Origin: an uncultured cyanobacterium
GTDB taxonomy: Bacteria; Cyanobacteriota; Cyanobacteriia; Cyanobacteriales; Nostocaceae
Direction: 5' to 3'
DNA length: 64,000 bases
Assembly: GCA_963706595.1 (NCBI GenBank)
Contig: OY970166.1
Location: 1,344,001 to 1,408,000 of the forward strand
Part shown: piece after piece, positions 19,617 to 30,645 of the stretch
How the letters are laid out: each line of letters opens with the position of its first letter
Numbering within the stretch: position 1 is the stretch's first letter
Made by a program: the position numbers and the translations under genes
The notes under the pieces: model-generated
The model's input: the letters and a program-made list of their open reading frames with translations, nothing else
Databases searched by the model: none
What the model was told of the DNA's origin: nothing

Positions 19617-19859
19617 ATCAGTTGACAGTGAACAGTTATCAGTGATCAACGCTGAAAAACATCTAGTTTGCATATTTGAATTAGATTAAACTCTTGTGGG
19701 GTGGGCATCTTGCCCGCCCATGTTCCAGCGATGATGATGAAGGTTTCTTAATTTTTACTTTTGACTTCCTCAAAGATGTTGCCAGGTATCTGATTTATGA
19801 AATGTTGATTACTGCGTGGGAAAGGAGGCTGTGAAAAGGTTTACAAACTTCGGAAAGCC

Positions 19860-22385
19860 TTAGATGTTACAATCTACAAGTCTCGATGAGAGAGAAGAGA
19901 ACCGCCGCCGAAGAGACCCCCGCGATAGCGCACCGACCTGATACCAGGCAAGTACCGGGAGGTGTCCCTTTCCTGCTGAGATATGATAGGTTACTTCAAC
20001 TTCGTCACTTGAAATCCATCTCAACCGATTGTCCACTTTCCATCCAACATGATCGCCAAAATTTTCCCAAGCTTCTTTGTTATAGCTGCCGTCTAGCTTA
20101 CCACCAACGCTCAAGTAAATTTCTTTTTGAACGCTGAAGCCAAATTTTCCAGAGCTATATTTTACCCACAGGTCGTCAATTGTGTGGAGGTCGGTACAGG
20201 GAAAGTTTAATAATTCTTCACTCCTCAACCAGTCGCCTTCCTTACGTCCTACAGCCTGAAGCATTACCAGATAGGTTTCGCTGTCCGCTTCTTGCCATTG
20301 TTGGTATTTTAAGTAGTCCCGCAGTTTGGTATAGTCTATACCTCTCTCTGAACTGAGGTCATCTTGTGTTCCAGGGGAAACTTGTAGGAGTTTATCTACA
20401 TCAACTTCTGCCAAACTATATTTATCGTCTAGAGGCACAAATTCAAGTGTATCTGTTATCCATAGTGCAGGATAACGCAGCAGTTCAACTAATTTTTGAT
20501 ACTCACCCCAGTATTTTGTCGTTTCATTATATGAGCTAAAATCAGCAGGCTTTTTGAGCGCACCATGCTGTAAATTTTTCAGTAGCTGACGGTCAGTATT
20601 TAAATCAATAATCAATCTAGGAAATTTTAAACTGATAGCTGTAAACTTGCCTAACTGCTCTAATGTTAAAGGTTCATTTATAACCTTGTTCGATTCATCA
20701 GTTAATTCATCAAAGCTACCTGTATTACTAGCTATATAAGTTTTCAGTCTAAACAAATTAATAAACTGCTTTAAACGCCGGGGATTATAATCTAAAACTG
20801 GCGCAATCATTAAGATGATATCGCGCACATTTTGGGAATCTTCTGTAACTGCAAGCTTTAATCCTTCACGACGAGCTAATATTATTTTTTGTTTTGGGGT
20901 TGATTTGGGTTGAGTTCGTTGTCTCGGCGTTTTTCCTCCTGGTTGTTTTTTTCGTTGTATATTTATAAGCTGAGAAATAAATTTTAAGGAATTAACGATT
21001 TTCTGCCAGCAGGAATCCCAAAAGCTGTATGTCTTTTTTTGTGGTTGAGAAATCTTTACTAAAAAACGCTGAAATTCAGATTGAGTAGGTTGTGGAACTT
21101 GAAAAGGTATTTGAATAAACTTTTCCAGAAAACCATAACCGTATTCCAGACCTTTCTTATATGAAATAGAGGTATTGTGATGGTCAGCATTATCTGATAA
21201 ATAAGGAATTAAATCTTTATCCTTAACAGCAATCCCCGCCGCTACTTTTTCTCGATCCATACCTAAAATAAAAATTAACTGTGGATCGTTAGCTATCATC
21301 ATATTAATAGCCTGCATCAGTTCCGCAGACTTAGGAACCTCACAACGGTCTAGGTCATCAATAAAGACATAAACTTTGCTTTTACCAGCGTAGGCTTGAA
21401 CAATTTTCTTAAAATCTTCGTGGAATCTCTCAATAAAAGCAACTTGGTTTTCATAATCGGGAGTTTTAAGATATTTAGCCAGTTCATTTTTAGGATCACC
21501 ACCATTGAGAATTTTCAGTAATAAGGAAATATAGCCTATAACTGAAACCAGAGCGACTACACCCCTAAAAAGCAACCGGGGAATGTTGAATGGTGGTTGA
21601 AATATTTGCTTAATGGGAATATTGAATGGCTGTTGAAATACTTGAACAAGGATTTTCTGAATTTCACCCCCTTGCTGCAATAACTCATCTCCTTTGTATA
21701 CCGCTAAAACTGCAAAAGTGAAGAAAATACCAAGACCAAGCAGCGCTAAAGATATAAACCGAAACCCATTTTTTAAGTCAAAGCGCAGCCTGAACAAATT
21801 GATATTTACTATTAAAATATATAAAATATATAAGACATTACAGCTAAGTCGAGATATAGAAATTTGGCGGAGAAACTCTAGGGCGAAAGCTGCCCATAAG
21901 GCTTCTGCTTTATCGTGTTTCCAAGCATTGAACCAGATTGTTTTAGGCTTGAGTTGCAGCTTGTTAAGATTTAAACGTATCCACTTGTATATATTAATTA
22001 ATAGAGATAAAGATTTTTGTAAAATAAATGCGAGCAATGCACTAATTACTTTATGCAGGTTATTTGTTTCTATGATTTTTCTAATACTAGTCTCGGCTTG
22101 TCTTTGCAGTCTTCCTAAATGTACTTGTAACTCTTTTTCAAACTTTTTCTGCTCAAACTCCTCAATAGTTTTCTGGAGTTGCTTCATAAAAGAAGATTTG
22201 CCACTACCCCATTCACCTTCTATAGAAATGGTCAATGGAGGTTGAGTTACAGGATTGATTAAGAACTCTGCAATGGCTTCTACATAAGGTTTAAAACCAA
22301 GTTCATCTTCTGCTGCGGCTTGATCACTTACACTAGCGTTAAGAATAGACTCTTGTTGAAAACCGGAATTATCAGCACTGACCAT
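19860..22385 (-). CDS. KAP-family P-loop NTPase with TM segments fused to C-terminal GUN4 domain
   Basis: Walker A GEWGSGKSS, WFNAWKH, Walker B VFIDDLDRC, FLEKFIQIPF, NPRRLK. GUN4 motifs DYTKLRDYL...WQEAD and FPCTDLHTIDDLWVKYSSGKFGFSVQK. Confidence 0.9.
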   Translation of the reverse strand: MVSADNSGFQQESILNASVSDQAAAEDELGFKPYVEAIAEFLINPVTQPPLTISIEGEWGSGKSSFMKQLQKTIEEFEQKKFEKELQVHLGRLQRQAETSIRKIIETNNLHKVISALLAFILQKSLSLLINIYKWIRLNLNKLQLKPKTIWFNAWKHDKAEALWAAFALEFLRQISISRLSCNVLYILYILIVNINLFRLRFDLKNGFRFISLALLGLGIFFTFAVLAVYKGDELLQQGGEIQKILVQVFQQPFNIPIKQIFQPPFNIPRLLFRGVVALVSVIGYISLLLKILNGGDPKNELAKYLKTPDYENQVAFIERFHEDFKKIVQAYAGKSKVYVFIDDLDRCEVPKSAELMQAINMMIANDPQLIFILGMDREKVAAGIAVKDKDLIPYLSDNADHHNTSISYKKGLEYGYGFLEKFIQIPFQVPQPTQSEFQRFLVKISQPQKKTYSFWDSCWQKIVNSLKFISQLINIQRKKQPGGKTPRQRTQPKSTPKQKIILARREGLKLAVTEDSQNVRDIILMIAPVLDYNPRRLKQFINLFRLKTYIASNTGSFDELTDESNKVINEPLTLEQLGKFTAISLKFPRLIIDLNTDRQLLKNLQHGALKKPADFSSYNETTKYWGEYQKLVELLRYPALWITDTLEFVPLDDKYSLAEVDVDKLLQVSPGTQDDLSSERGIDYTKLRDYLKYQQWQEADSETYLVMLQAVGRKEGDWLRSEELLNFPCTDLHTIDDLWVKYSSGKFGFSVQKEIYLSVGGKLDGSYNKEAWENFGDHVGWKVDNRLRWISSDEVEVTYHISAGKGHLPVLAWYQVGALSRGSLRRRFSSLSSRLVDCNI

Positions 22386-22654
22386 AACTATTTAAGTAAA
22401 CTTAACTATATAATACAGATTTAACCGTAATTAAATCTACCATATTTCAGAGAGTAGTTAAAAACTAGGGAATATAGAATTTTTTGCTCCCGATATTACT
22501 TTTCACACATCCCCTTAAAACCAAAAAAAACAACTCCTCAAATCCTCCTCTCTGCGACTCTGCGCCTCTGCGTGAGATTCATATCTTAATCATCAACAGT
22601 GACAAAATCGGGTTACTGTAAAATACAGGCCTTTCTCCGTTCCCTTTCACGTCA

Positions 22655-23902
22655 ATGAGTGCAGAAATTATTTGTGTTGGTACAGAACTCTTACTAGGGG
22701 ATATCCTCAACAGTAACTCGCAATATTTAGCCCAACAACTAGCCCAACTAGGGATACCCCACTACAATCAAACAGTCGTTGGCGATAACCCAGAAAGATT
22801 AAAGCAAGTTATAGAAATTGCTATATCAAGAGCGCAAATTCTTATTTTTACAGGTGGTCTTGGTCCCACACCCGACGACCTCACCTGCGAAACCATAGCA
22901 GATTTTTTTGGCGTTCCCTTGATAGAACGTCCAGAAATCATCGAAGACATCACTCAGAAATTCGCCCAACGTGGTCGGGTAATGTCACCCAGTAACCGCA
23001 AACAAGCATTAATTCCCCAAGGTGCAGACATTTTACCCAATCCCACTGGGACAGCACCCGGTATTATTTGGCAACCGCGCCCCGAAATCACGATTTTTAC
23101 CTTTCCTGGTGTCCCGTCAGAAATGCACCGGATGTGGACAGATACCGCAGTCCCTTATCTCAAAAATCAAGGCTGGGGAAAGGAGATTATTTACAGTCGG
23201 AGTTTAAGGTTTTGGGGTATTGGTGAATCTGCTTTAGCCGAAAAAGTTGCTCCCTACTTTAACTTACCTAATCCCACAGTCGCCCCTTATGCGGGTAAAG
23301 GTGAAGTCAGATTACGCATTTCCGCCAAGGCTGATTCCGAAGCGGCGGCTGAGGCTTTAATTTCACCTGTGGAAAAACAGCTAAAAGATATTGCTGGCTT
23401 AGATTATTACGGGGCTGATGATGAAACTTTAGCTTCTGTAGTTGGTAATTTGTTACGTTTATCAGGCGAAACCCTATCAGTAGCCGAATCCTGTACTGGT
23501 GGCGGTTTAGGACAAATGTTAACCGATATTTCTGGGAGTTCTGATTATTTTTGGGGTGGGGTAATTTCTTATGATAATTCGGTGAAGGTGGGGTTACTGG
23601 GAGTTAACCCAGAGGATTTAGATAAATTTGGGGCGGTGAGTGGTACTGTTGCAGAACAAATGGCGATGGGGGTAAAAACTCGCCTTTCCACTTCTTGGGG
23701 TTTAAGTGTCACTGGTATTGCTGGCCCAACTGGTGGAACGGATACGAAGCCGGTGGGTTTAGTTTACATCGGTTTAGCCAGTCCAAAAAATGAAGTGGCA
23801 AGTTTTGAGTATCGCTTTGGCGCGATGCGGGGACGTGATTTAATTCGTTATGTGAGTGGTTGCACGGCTTTGGATTTGCTGCGGCGCAAATTGATTAAGT
23901 AG
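22655..23902 (+). CDS. cinA: Competence/damage-inducible protein A (CinA, PncC domain)
   Basis: VGTELLLG, GGLGPTPDDLT, AESCTGG and TGIAGPTGG. Confidence 0.97.
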   Translation: MSAEIICVGTELLLGDILNSNSQYLAQQLAQLGIPHYNQTVVGDNPERLKQVIEIAISRAQILIFTGGLGPTPDDLTCETIADFFGVPLIERPEIIEDITQKFAQRGRVMSPSNRKQALIPQGADILPNPTGTAPGIIWQPRPEITIFTFPGVPSEMHRMWTDTAVPYLKNQGWGKEIIYSRSLRFWGIGESALAEKVAPYFNLPNPTVAPYAGKGEVRLRISAKADSEAAAEALISPVEKQLKDIAGLDYYGADDETLASVVGNLLRLSGETLSVAESCTGGGLGQMLTDISGSSDYFWGGVISYDNSVKVGLLGVNPEDLDKFGAVSGTVAEQMAMGVKTRLSTSWGLSVTGIAGPTGGTDTKPVGLVYIGLASPKNEVASFEYRFGAMRGRDLIRYVSGCTALDLLRRKLIK

Positions 23903-23935
23903 TCATTTGTCATTAGCGGATTTAATAAAATACAG

Positions 23936-24005
23936 AACCTCACCCCCAACCCCTCTCCTTAGTAAGGAGAGGGGAGTCTTTGACGCAACTTTTTAGGCGG
24001 GGTGA
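23936..24005. repeat. Cyanobacterial dispersed palindromic repeat
   Basis: CCCCTCTCCTTAGTAAGGAGAGGGG hairpin; related copy near 34958-35000. Confidence 0.65.
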
Positions 24006-24048
24006 TTTCAAAAACCCGAATTTGGATGTTATTTAATTCATATTCCTA

Positions 24049-24192
24049 AGAGGTTGTTTTAAAAGTGTCTATCTGTGATTTTAGGCACTTATTGACCCCC
24101 TAGCCCGGTGATCAAAGTCCCCCTTGAAAAGGAGGATTTAGGGGTATCTAGAATGTTTTGCTCCCGAAAATATGACTTTTAAAACAACCTCT
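24049..24192. mobile_element. MITE with perfect 18-bp TIRs (IS5/IS1031-like ends)
   Basis: AGAGGTTGTTTTAAAAGT / ACTTTTAAAACAACCTCT; TNA-type flanks (TAA, TCA). Confidence 0.85.
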
Positions 24193-24230
24193 CATGACCA
24201 ATGACTAATGACTAATAACCAATGACCAAT

Positions 24231-25292
24231 TTATTCCGTTTCTATGAACTCTATAGTTTCTACAAAGTCTAAAATATTTTCCTGAATGTCTTGGGCTTCT
24301 TCTTTAATTGAACTTGGTTTTTCACCGTTAAAAAAGCTGTGCTGGCTGCTAACTATATACAAATAGTTAGAATGCATAAATGCTAGCAGCCCTCTGTATG
24401 CATCTAGTCTGGTGGCTGTGCCGTTATTTTTGGACTGGGAAATTGTTGAACCTTGGGGCATATCAATGAGGGCAAAGAAAGAACCTTCAACCGCATCTTT
24501 CAAATATTCAGTATATCTGACCTCAGCCTTGGGCAAATTAGTAAAAATGGCTTCTGGTACATACTTGTTTAGTAGAATTGATTGCAAATATTCTTCTTGT
24601 CCAATAGATTCTACTTCTTCTAATTGTTCTGAGGAAATGGGATAGTGATCAATTCTCAGCATAGTACCGAAGTTATCAAAAAAGCCGACTACCCCCTCTT
24701 CACTTTCTACTTTACCTCCCTGCTGTGGATCAACAGGAATCGGGACTGAAAAATTACCGGAGGGCGATTCATATATCTCGTCGCCATAATCTTTGACTAT
24801 TACTGTGTCTTCTTCGTCATCTAGGTAAATTTCGTTTTCTGCTTCTTGATAAGCGGCGATTACTTCCTGTGTAATTTCATGGGCTTCTTCATCTTCCAGG
24901 TCTAAGGCTTGCTGTAACTGTTTGAGATAGGGCTGTTTCTGTTGGGGGATAATTAAATCGTCTTCATCTATCGTCACCATTACCCCGACAGCAAAAGCAT
25001 CCAGAACTAGTTCATCTGAAAGGCTTTTACTAGCGACATTAAATAGGGTTCCTATGCCCTCATCTTCTGCAATCCCGATGAGTCTATCGACTATTTGGGC
25101 AATTTCCTCTTCTGAGTATTCCTCAAAAACCTCAAAGTCCCAAAGGATACTCGCTAAAACTTCTGCATCTACGTCCTCTACGGACAAATCAGCCATTTCC
25201 GTGACAACTGCGATCGCGGCTACGGCTTCTTCTGGACTCAGTGATTCTTCTGTGGTCTTTGTTGAATTAAAAATCTTGTCATATTTAGTCAT
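24231..25292 (-). CDS. Highly acidic protein with N-terminal TerB-like domain
   Basis: LSPEEAVAAIAVV...YLKQLQQALDL resembles cyanobacterial TerB proteins; C-terminal domain unknown. Confidence 0.7.
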   Translation of the reverse strand: MTKYDKIFNSTKTTEESLSPEEAVAAIAVVTEMADLSVEDVDAEVLASILWDFEVFEEYSEEEIAQIVDRLIGIAEDEGIGTLFNVASKSLSDELVLDAFAVGVMVTIDEDDLIIPQQKQPYLKQLQQALDLEDEEAHEITQEVIAAYQEAENEIYLDDEEDTVIVKDYGDEIYESPSGNFSVPIPVDPQQGGKVESEEGVVGFFDNFGTMLRIDHYPISSEQLEEVESIGQEEYLQSILLNKYVPEAIFTNLPKAEVRYTEYLKDAVEGSFFALIDMPQGSTISQSKNNGTATRLDAYRGLLAFMHSNYLYIVSSQHSFFNGEKPSSIKEEAQDIQENILDFVETIEFIETE

Positions 25293-25645
25293 AATTACTA
25301 CCTCCTATGTTGGCTATTACTCACAGCTTAAAAGTAACAATGGTCAATTCAATGAGAACAGGGGATTGATTTAGTCAGCTTGGTGTATTGTGTAACCTTA
25401 AGATGCTTGAATATTTTATCCTTTATACTTACTTTACAATTCAATTCTCATAGCGGTAATCATCTTTTGCTTTAATCTGGTGGCAAATGAATTTTATCTA
25501 TGGGTAGAAATATCAACTACCTAGCGATAGATTTATATACCAAGGGTAGGATGCCATAATACCGTTGTTTGTAGTGACACATGGTAATACCAATACTGTA
25601 TTCATGGTTCTGCAAACTTTACTTTCAGAAAATTTTGCATCTTCT

Positions 25646-27571
25646 ATGGTTAACTCGCCATCTCAGTTCTCACCGGATCAATATAAAGTAGATTCTGCCA
25701 GTCTAGAAGTAGAATCTCTGATAGCAACACCCTCATCAGATACTGAAATTGATTTAGAGTTTCTTTACACCAGAGATATTGAATTTCGACAAGAAACTAT
25801 TTACTTTCTGGTGGTAGACCGCTTTTATGAAGGTGATCCAGAGAACAGCAAAGGTACCAATTCAGACCTTTACGATGGTACTGCACAAGATTGGGGTAAA
25901 TACTGGGGTGGTGACTTGCAAGGTGTGATCGATAAATTGGACTACCTGAAAAATATGGGAGTGACGGCTGTTTGGTTAACTCCCCTGTTTGAACAAGTGG
26001 ACGATTTATTTATCAGCAATGCAGCCATGCATGGTTATTGGACAAAAGACTTTAAACGCATCAATCCGCGCTACATTGCTAAGGGGGAAAACCCTTCTTT
26101 AAATGAAACCCAAGAAGCTAAAAATACGACATTTGATCGGTTAGTTACCGAACTGCACCAGCGCCGGATGAAGCTGGTGCTGGATATTGTCTGCAATCAC
26201 AGTACCCCGGATACTAACGGTAGTAAGGGTGAATTATATGATGATGGCGTGAAAATTGCTGACTTCAATGATGATGTCAATCACTGGTATCATCATTATG
26301 GGGAAGTGCAAAACTGGGAAGATGATTGGCAAGTGCAAAATTGTGAACTAGCTGGTTTGGCTACGTTCAATGAAAATAATACTGAATATCGCCAGTATAT
26401 CAAGTCAGCAATTAAACAATGGCTAGACCGGGGTGTTGATGCACTACGGGTGGATACTGTCAAGCACATGCCTATCTGGTTTTGGCAAGAGTTCACCGGT
26501 GATCTGAGCAATCACAAACCAGATGTATTTATTTTTGGTGAATGGATTTATAATCATCCAAGTGATGATTTATCGGTGGAATTTGCCAATAACTCCGGCA
26601 TGACTACGCTAGATTTTGCGCTGTGTATGGCGATTCGTTCGGCATTAGCACAGGGCGCAGAAAACGGATTTCAAGGTATTCAAGAGATTTTTGACCAGGA
26701 TTATCGTTACAATGGGGCGACTGAGTTAATCACCTTCATTGATAACCACGATATGTGCCGCTTCCAGTCGCTGAACCCTGATCCAGCGATGTTGAAGGTG
26801 GCGATCGCACTGATTATGACAGTTCGTGGTATTCCCTGTATATATTATGGTACAGAACAGTATCTCCATGATGATACTAACGGCGGTAACGACCCCTACA
26901 ACCGCCCGATGATGGACAAGTGGGATACTGAAACTGAAATTTACCGTGTCCTGCGATTGCTGTCTGGCTTACGGCGGCTCAATCCTGCCATCTCAATGGG
27001 TAGTCAGTGGCAAAAATACCTCACCCCCGATGTTTACTGCTATATACGCCGCTATCGTGACTCTGTATGCTTTGTAGCACTGAACCGGGGAGGAGAGGTG
27101 ACTTTACCAGAAGTGGTAACAGAATTACCTGATGGCGAACATACCTGCGTAATTACGCGTAATAAGTATGAAGTCAAAGATGGTAAGGTTTATAACTTGC
27201 CACTGGAAGAACGGGGCGTAATTGTTTTCAGCCACGTGGGAGAACGGATCAAAGCGCAAACTATCGTGCGGGTACAACTGAATGGGGTGTATACCCAACC
27301 CGGTGAAAGCATTGTAGTCACAGGAGACTGTCCAGAGTTAGGTAACTGGGATATCAGCAAGGCTTATCCCTTAGAGTATATTAACTCCAACACTTGGTTT
27401 GCAGAGATTCCCTTTGATGAAAGTGTCGGTAACTTGATTAGTTACAAGTATGCTATGTGGCGGGAAGGGCGATCGCCTCTGCGAGAAAATCTCGTCAATC
27501 GCCGTTGGGTAATAGCCAAGGAAGGCACTGTCAAATGGCGTGATACTTGGGCTTCAGGGAGGGAATCTTAG
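25646..27571 (+). CDS. Alpha-amylase family (GH13, CGTase-like) glycosidase with C-terminal CBM20
   Basis: WGGDLQGVIDKLDYL, HGYW, RVDTVKH, FGEW, DNHD; CBM20 GDCPELGNW. Start taken at MVNSPS. Confidence 0.93.
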   Translation: MVNSPSQFSPDQYKVDSASLEVESLIATPSSDTEIDLEFLYTRDIEFRQETIYFLVVDRFYEGDPENSKGTNSDLYDGTAQDWGKYWGGDLQGVIDKLDYLKNMGVTAVWLTPLFEQVDDLFISNAAMHGYWTKDFKRINPRYIAKGENPSLNETQEAKNTTFDRLVTELHQRRMKLVLDIVCNHSTPDTNGSKGELYDDGVKIADFNDDVNHWYHHYGEVQNWEDDWQVQNCELAGLATFNENNTEYRQYIKSAIKQWLDRGVDALRVDTVKHMPIWFWQEFTGDLSNHKPDVFIFGEWIYNHPSDDLSVEFANNSGMTTLDFALCMAIRSALAQGAENGFQGIQEIFDQDYRYNGATELITFIDNHDMCRFQSLNPDPAMLKVAIALIMTVRGIPCIYYGTEQYLHDDTNGGNDPYNRPMMDKWDTETEIYRVLRLLSGLRRLNPAISMGSQWQKYLTPDVYCYIRRYRDSVCFVALNRGGEVTLPEVVTELPDGEHTCVITRNKYEVKDGKVYNLPLEERGVIVFSHVGERIKAQTIVRVQLNGVYTQPGESIVVTGDCPELGNWDISKAYPLEYINSNTWFAEIPFDESVGNLISYKYAMWREGRSPLRENLVNRRWVIAKEGTVKWRDTWASGRES

Positions 27572-27572
27572 C

Positions 27573-27610
27573 GGGAGTGGGGAGTGGGGAGTGGGGAGTA
27601 GGAGTGGGGA
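27573..27610. repeat. STRR heptamer array (GGGGAGT)
   Basis: Tandem GGGAGTG units between convergent genes. Confidence 0.9.
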
Positions 27611-28015
27611 CTATTTACTGGGTTGGGATATGCGGGCTTCAATATCTTCCAAGGTTTGTAACAATAAACGCTTCGCTTGTAATTTCCAACCCCACTTTTG
27701 GATTCGGAAAGCGGCGACTGTCCCCACCCCACCTACTAATAAAAGCACGGGCTGATTTAGAGAAATTCCGAATAATAAGCCCAAGCCGGCAATTCCCCAA
27801 AATGGTAAAGCTGCGGCTTGCCTTTGTTCTTCGACAATATTAGTAAATATACTAGGTTTCATAGTAGTTAATAATTCAGCTTTAATTTGCCGTTGTTCTG
27901 CTAGTGATACAGACAAACTGATTTTACGGCGCATTTTTTCGATTTTGCGGGCATCACTGCTGTATTCAGTTAGCTCATCTTCTGCCATTTGTAGTAGTCG
28001 TTCTAGTTGCGCCAT
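27611..28015 (-). CDS. Hypothetical membrane protein
   Basis: Coiled N-terminus plus two hydrophobic segments; start MAQLERLL. Confidence 0.75.
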   Translation of the reverse strand: MAQLERLLQMAEDELTEYSSDARKIEKMRRKISLSVSLAEQRQIKAELLTTMKPSIFTNIVEEQRQAAALPFWGIAGLGLLFGISLNQPVLLLVGGVGTVAAFRIQKWGWKLQAKRLLLQTLEDIEARISQPSK

Positions 28016-28194
28016 TTTGCCAGAAATTTTGGATTTTAATATTGCTATTATCGCGGAAAATGTTAAACTTTCCTCACTTATCCGGTTGCATCTCATAGCA
28101 CGATACCAAATCTTAAAACTAAAATTAAATATAGGGAAAATATCCTAGTTATCAGTTTCTGACAACCAGAGCGTCTACTTGAGAGGTAATACAG

Positions 28195-30645
28195 ATGGTT
28201 ACGGTATCTCAAAACACATTGACTCAAACTAATAAAGCGCGATCGCTGATTCTCTGGTTTGATGAAGTTGGTATTACTGATATCCCGCTAGTGGGGGGAA
28301 AAAATGCCTCACTAGGGGAAATGATTCAACAATTGACACCTCAAGGCGTGAACGTTCCCACAGGATTTGCTACCACGGCTTATGCTTATCGGTATTTCAT
28401 TGAGTCGGCTGGGTTAGAAGCACAGTTACGCGAACTCTTTGCGGATCTCGATGTTGAGGATGTGAAAAATTTGCAGGTCCGGGGCAAACAAGCGCGATCG
28501 CTACTCATGCACACACCGTTTCCTGTAGACTTAAGGGATGCGATCGCCTCAGCATATCTGAAACTCTGCGAACAATACAACACAGATACAGATGTCGCCG
28601 TCCGTTCTAGCGCCACAGCAGAAGACCTCCCCGACGCAAGTTTTGCGGGACAGCAAGAAAGTTACTTAAACGTCGTCGGAGTCCAAGGAGTTTTAGCAGC
28701 TTGTCATCGCTGCTTTGCGTCCATATTCACCGACCGCGCCATTTCCTATCGCCACACCAAAGGATTTAATCACTTTAGCATTGCCCTCGCCGTCGGCGTA
28801 CAAAAAATGGTACGTTCTGACTTAGCCACATCTGGAGTCATGTTCTCCATAGACACCGAAACCGGATTTAAAGATGCAGCACTAATTACCGCCGCCTACG
28901 GTTTAGGCGAAAACGTAGTTCAAGGAACCATTAACCCCGATGAATACTATGTTTTCAAGCCCACATTAAAAACAGGTTTCCGCCCCATCATCAATAAAAA
29001 ATTGGGCAGCAAAGAACTGAAAATGATCTATGATGATGGCTCAAAATTCACTAAAAATGTCGCCGTCTCCCCCACAGAACAAAGTAAATTTGCTCTCAGT
29101 GACGCAGAAATTTTACAACTAGCACATTGGGCTTGTTTAATAGAAGACCATTATTCTCAAACCCACGGACATTACTCCCCAATGGATATCGAGTGGGCGA
29201 AAGACGGAATTACCAATCAACTTTTTGTAGTCCAAGCGCGACCCGAAACAGTCCAGTCGCAGAAAACAGGAAACGTCTTGCGGAGTTATCGTTTCCTGAA
29301 CACAGATAAAGAAGTAAAATTCCCCCATTCCCTAGTCACCGGTTGCGCTGTGGGAGAAGCAATTAGTCAAGGTAAAGTACATCTAATTTTAGATGTGAAT
29401 AAAATCGACCAATTCCAAGCCGGCGATGTGTTGGTAACAGAAAGAACAGACCCCGACTGGGAACCGATAATGAAACGCGCTAGTGCTATTGTCACCAACT
29501 CCGGGGGGCGCACCTGTCACGCGGCGATTATTGCGCGAGAATTGGGAGTCCCCGCCATTGTTGGCTGTAGCAATGGGACAGAAGTCTTAAAAACTGGTCA
29601 AGAGGTAACAATTTCTTGCGCCGAGGGGGAAGAAGGCAAAGTTTATCCTGGTTTATTACCCTTTGAAATTAAAGAAGTTCTCCTAGAAAACTTACCCCGC
29701 ACCCGTACCCAAATTTTAATGAATGTGGGAAATCCTCAAGAAGCATTGAGTTTATCTGCAATTCCCAATGATGGCGTAGGTTTAGCCCGCACAGAATTTA
29801 TCATCGCCAACCAAATCCAAATTCATCCCATGGCGTTGATTCATTATGACAAGTTAGAAGATAAATTTGTCAAAGCCAAAATTCATCAAATTACTGCCCT
29901 TTACGACGATAAACCCCAGTATTTTGTTGATAAATTATCCCAAGGTATCGGCAGAATTGCGGCGGCTTTTTATCCTAAGCCAGTAATTGTGAGAATGTCA
30001 GATTTCAAAAGTAATGAATATGCTAATCTTTTAGGTGGTCAGCAATTTGAACCCAAAGAAGAAAACCCCATGCTGGGTTGGCGGGGTGCAGCGCGCTACT
30101 ATGACACAGGATATCAAGAAGCTTTTGCCTTAGAGTGTGAATCTATCAAACGAGTTCGTGAGGAAATGGGTTTAACTAACGTGATCCCGATGATTCCCTT
30201 CTGTCGCACACCCGATGAAGGGCGGATGGTGTTAGCAGAAATGGCAAAAAATGATTTAAAACAGGGTGTAAACGACTTGCAAGTGTATGTAATGTGCGAG
30301 TTACCCAATAATGTCATTATGGCTGAAGAATTTGCCGAAGTTTTTGATGGCTTCTCCATTGGTTCCAATGACTTAACTCAGCTAACATTAGGCATAGATC
30401 GAGATTCAGCATTAGTGGCGCGGTTATTTGATGAACGCAGTCAGGGTGTGAAGCGCATGGTAAAAATGGCTATAGAAGCGGCGAAAAAACATCACCGCAA
30501 AATCGGTATTTGTGGACAAGCACCCAGCGATTACCCAGAATTTGCCCAGTTTTTAGTAGAACAGGGAATTGATTCTATCAGTCTGAATCCAGATTCGGTG
30601 TTAAAAACAATGTTGGAAATTGCCAAAGTGGAGAAAAATATCTAG
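28195..30645 (+). CDS. ppsA: Phosphoenolpyruvate synthase
   Basis: VGGKNASLGEM, AVRSSATAED, GGRTCHAAIIARE and FSIGSNDLTQ. Confidence 0.98.
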   Translation: MVTVSQNTLTQTNKARSLILWFDEVGITDIPLVGGKNASLGEMIQQLTPQGVNVPTGFATTAYAYRYFIESAGLEAQLRELFADLDVEDVKNLQVRGKQARSLLMHTPFPVDLRDAIASAYLKLCEQYNTDTDVAVRSSATAEDLPDASFAGQQESYLNVVGVQGVLAACHRCFASIFTDRAISYRHTKGFNHFSIALAVGVQKMVRSDLATSGVMFSIDTETGFKDAALITAAYGLGENVVQGTINPDEYYVFKPTLKTGFRPIINKKLGSKELKMIYDDGSKFTKNVAVSPTEQSKFALSDAEILQLAHWACLIEDHYSQTHGHYSPMDIEWAKDGITNQLFVVQARPETVQSQKTGNVLRSYRFLNTDKEVKFPHSLVTGCAVGEAISQGKVHLILDVNKIDQFQAGDVLVTERTDPDWEPIMKRASAIVTNSGGRTCHAAIIARELGVPAIVGCSNGTEVLKTGQEVTISCAEGEEGKVYPGLLPFEIKEVLLENLPRTRTQILMNVGNPQEALSLSAIPNDGVGLARTEFIIANQIQIHPMALIHYDKLEDKFVKAKIHQITALYDDKPQYFVDKLSQGIGRIAAAFYPKPVIVRMSDFKSNEYANLLGGQQFEPKEENPMLGWRGAARYYDTGYQEAFALECESIKRVREEMGLTNVIPMIPFCRTPDEGRMVLAEMAKNDLKQGVNDLQVYVMCELPNNVIMAEEFAEVFDGFSIGSNDLTQLTLGIDRDSALVARLFDERSQGVKRMVKMAIEAAKKHHRKIGICGQAPSDYPEFAQFLVEQGIDSISLNPDSVLKTMLEIAKVEKNI

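Noticed and set aside
19717..19833. Short open frame (..DDDEGFLIFTFDFLKDVARYLIYEMLITAWERRL) after glyA
   Set aside because: No convincing start or recognisable family; it may be a gene remnant but I cannot support that.
21694..22245. 183-aa plus-strand ORF
   Set aside because: Antisense shadow of the KAP NTPase gene.
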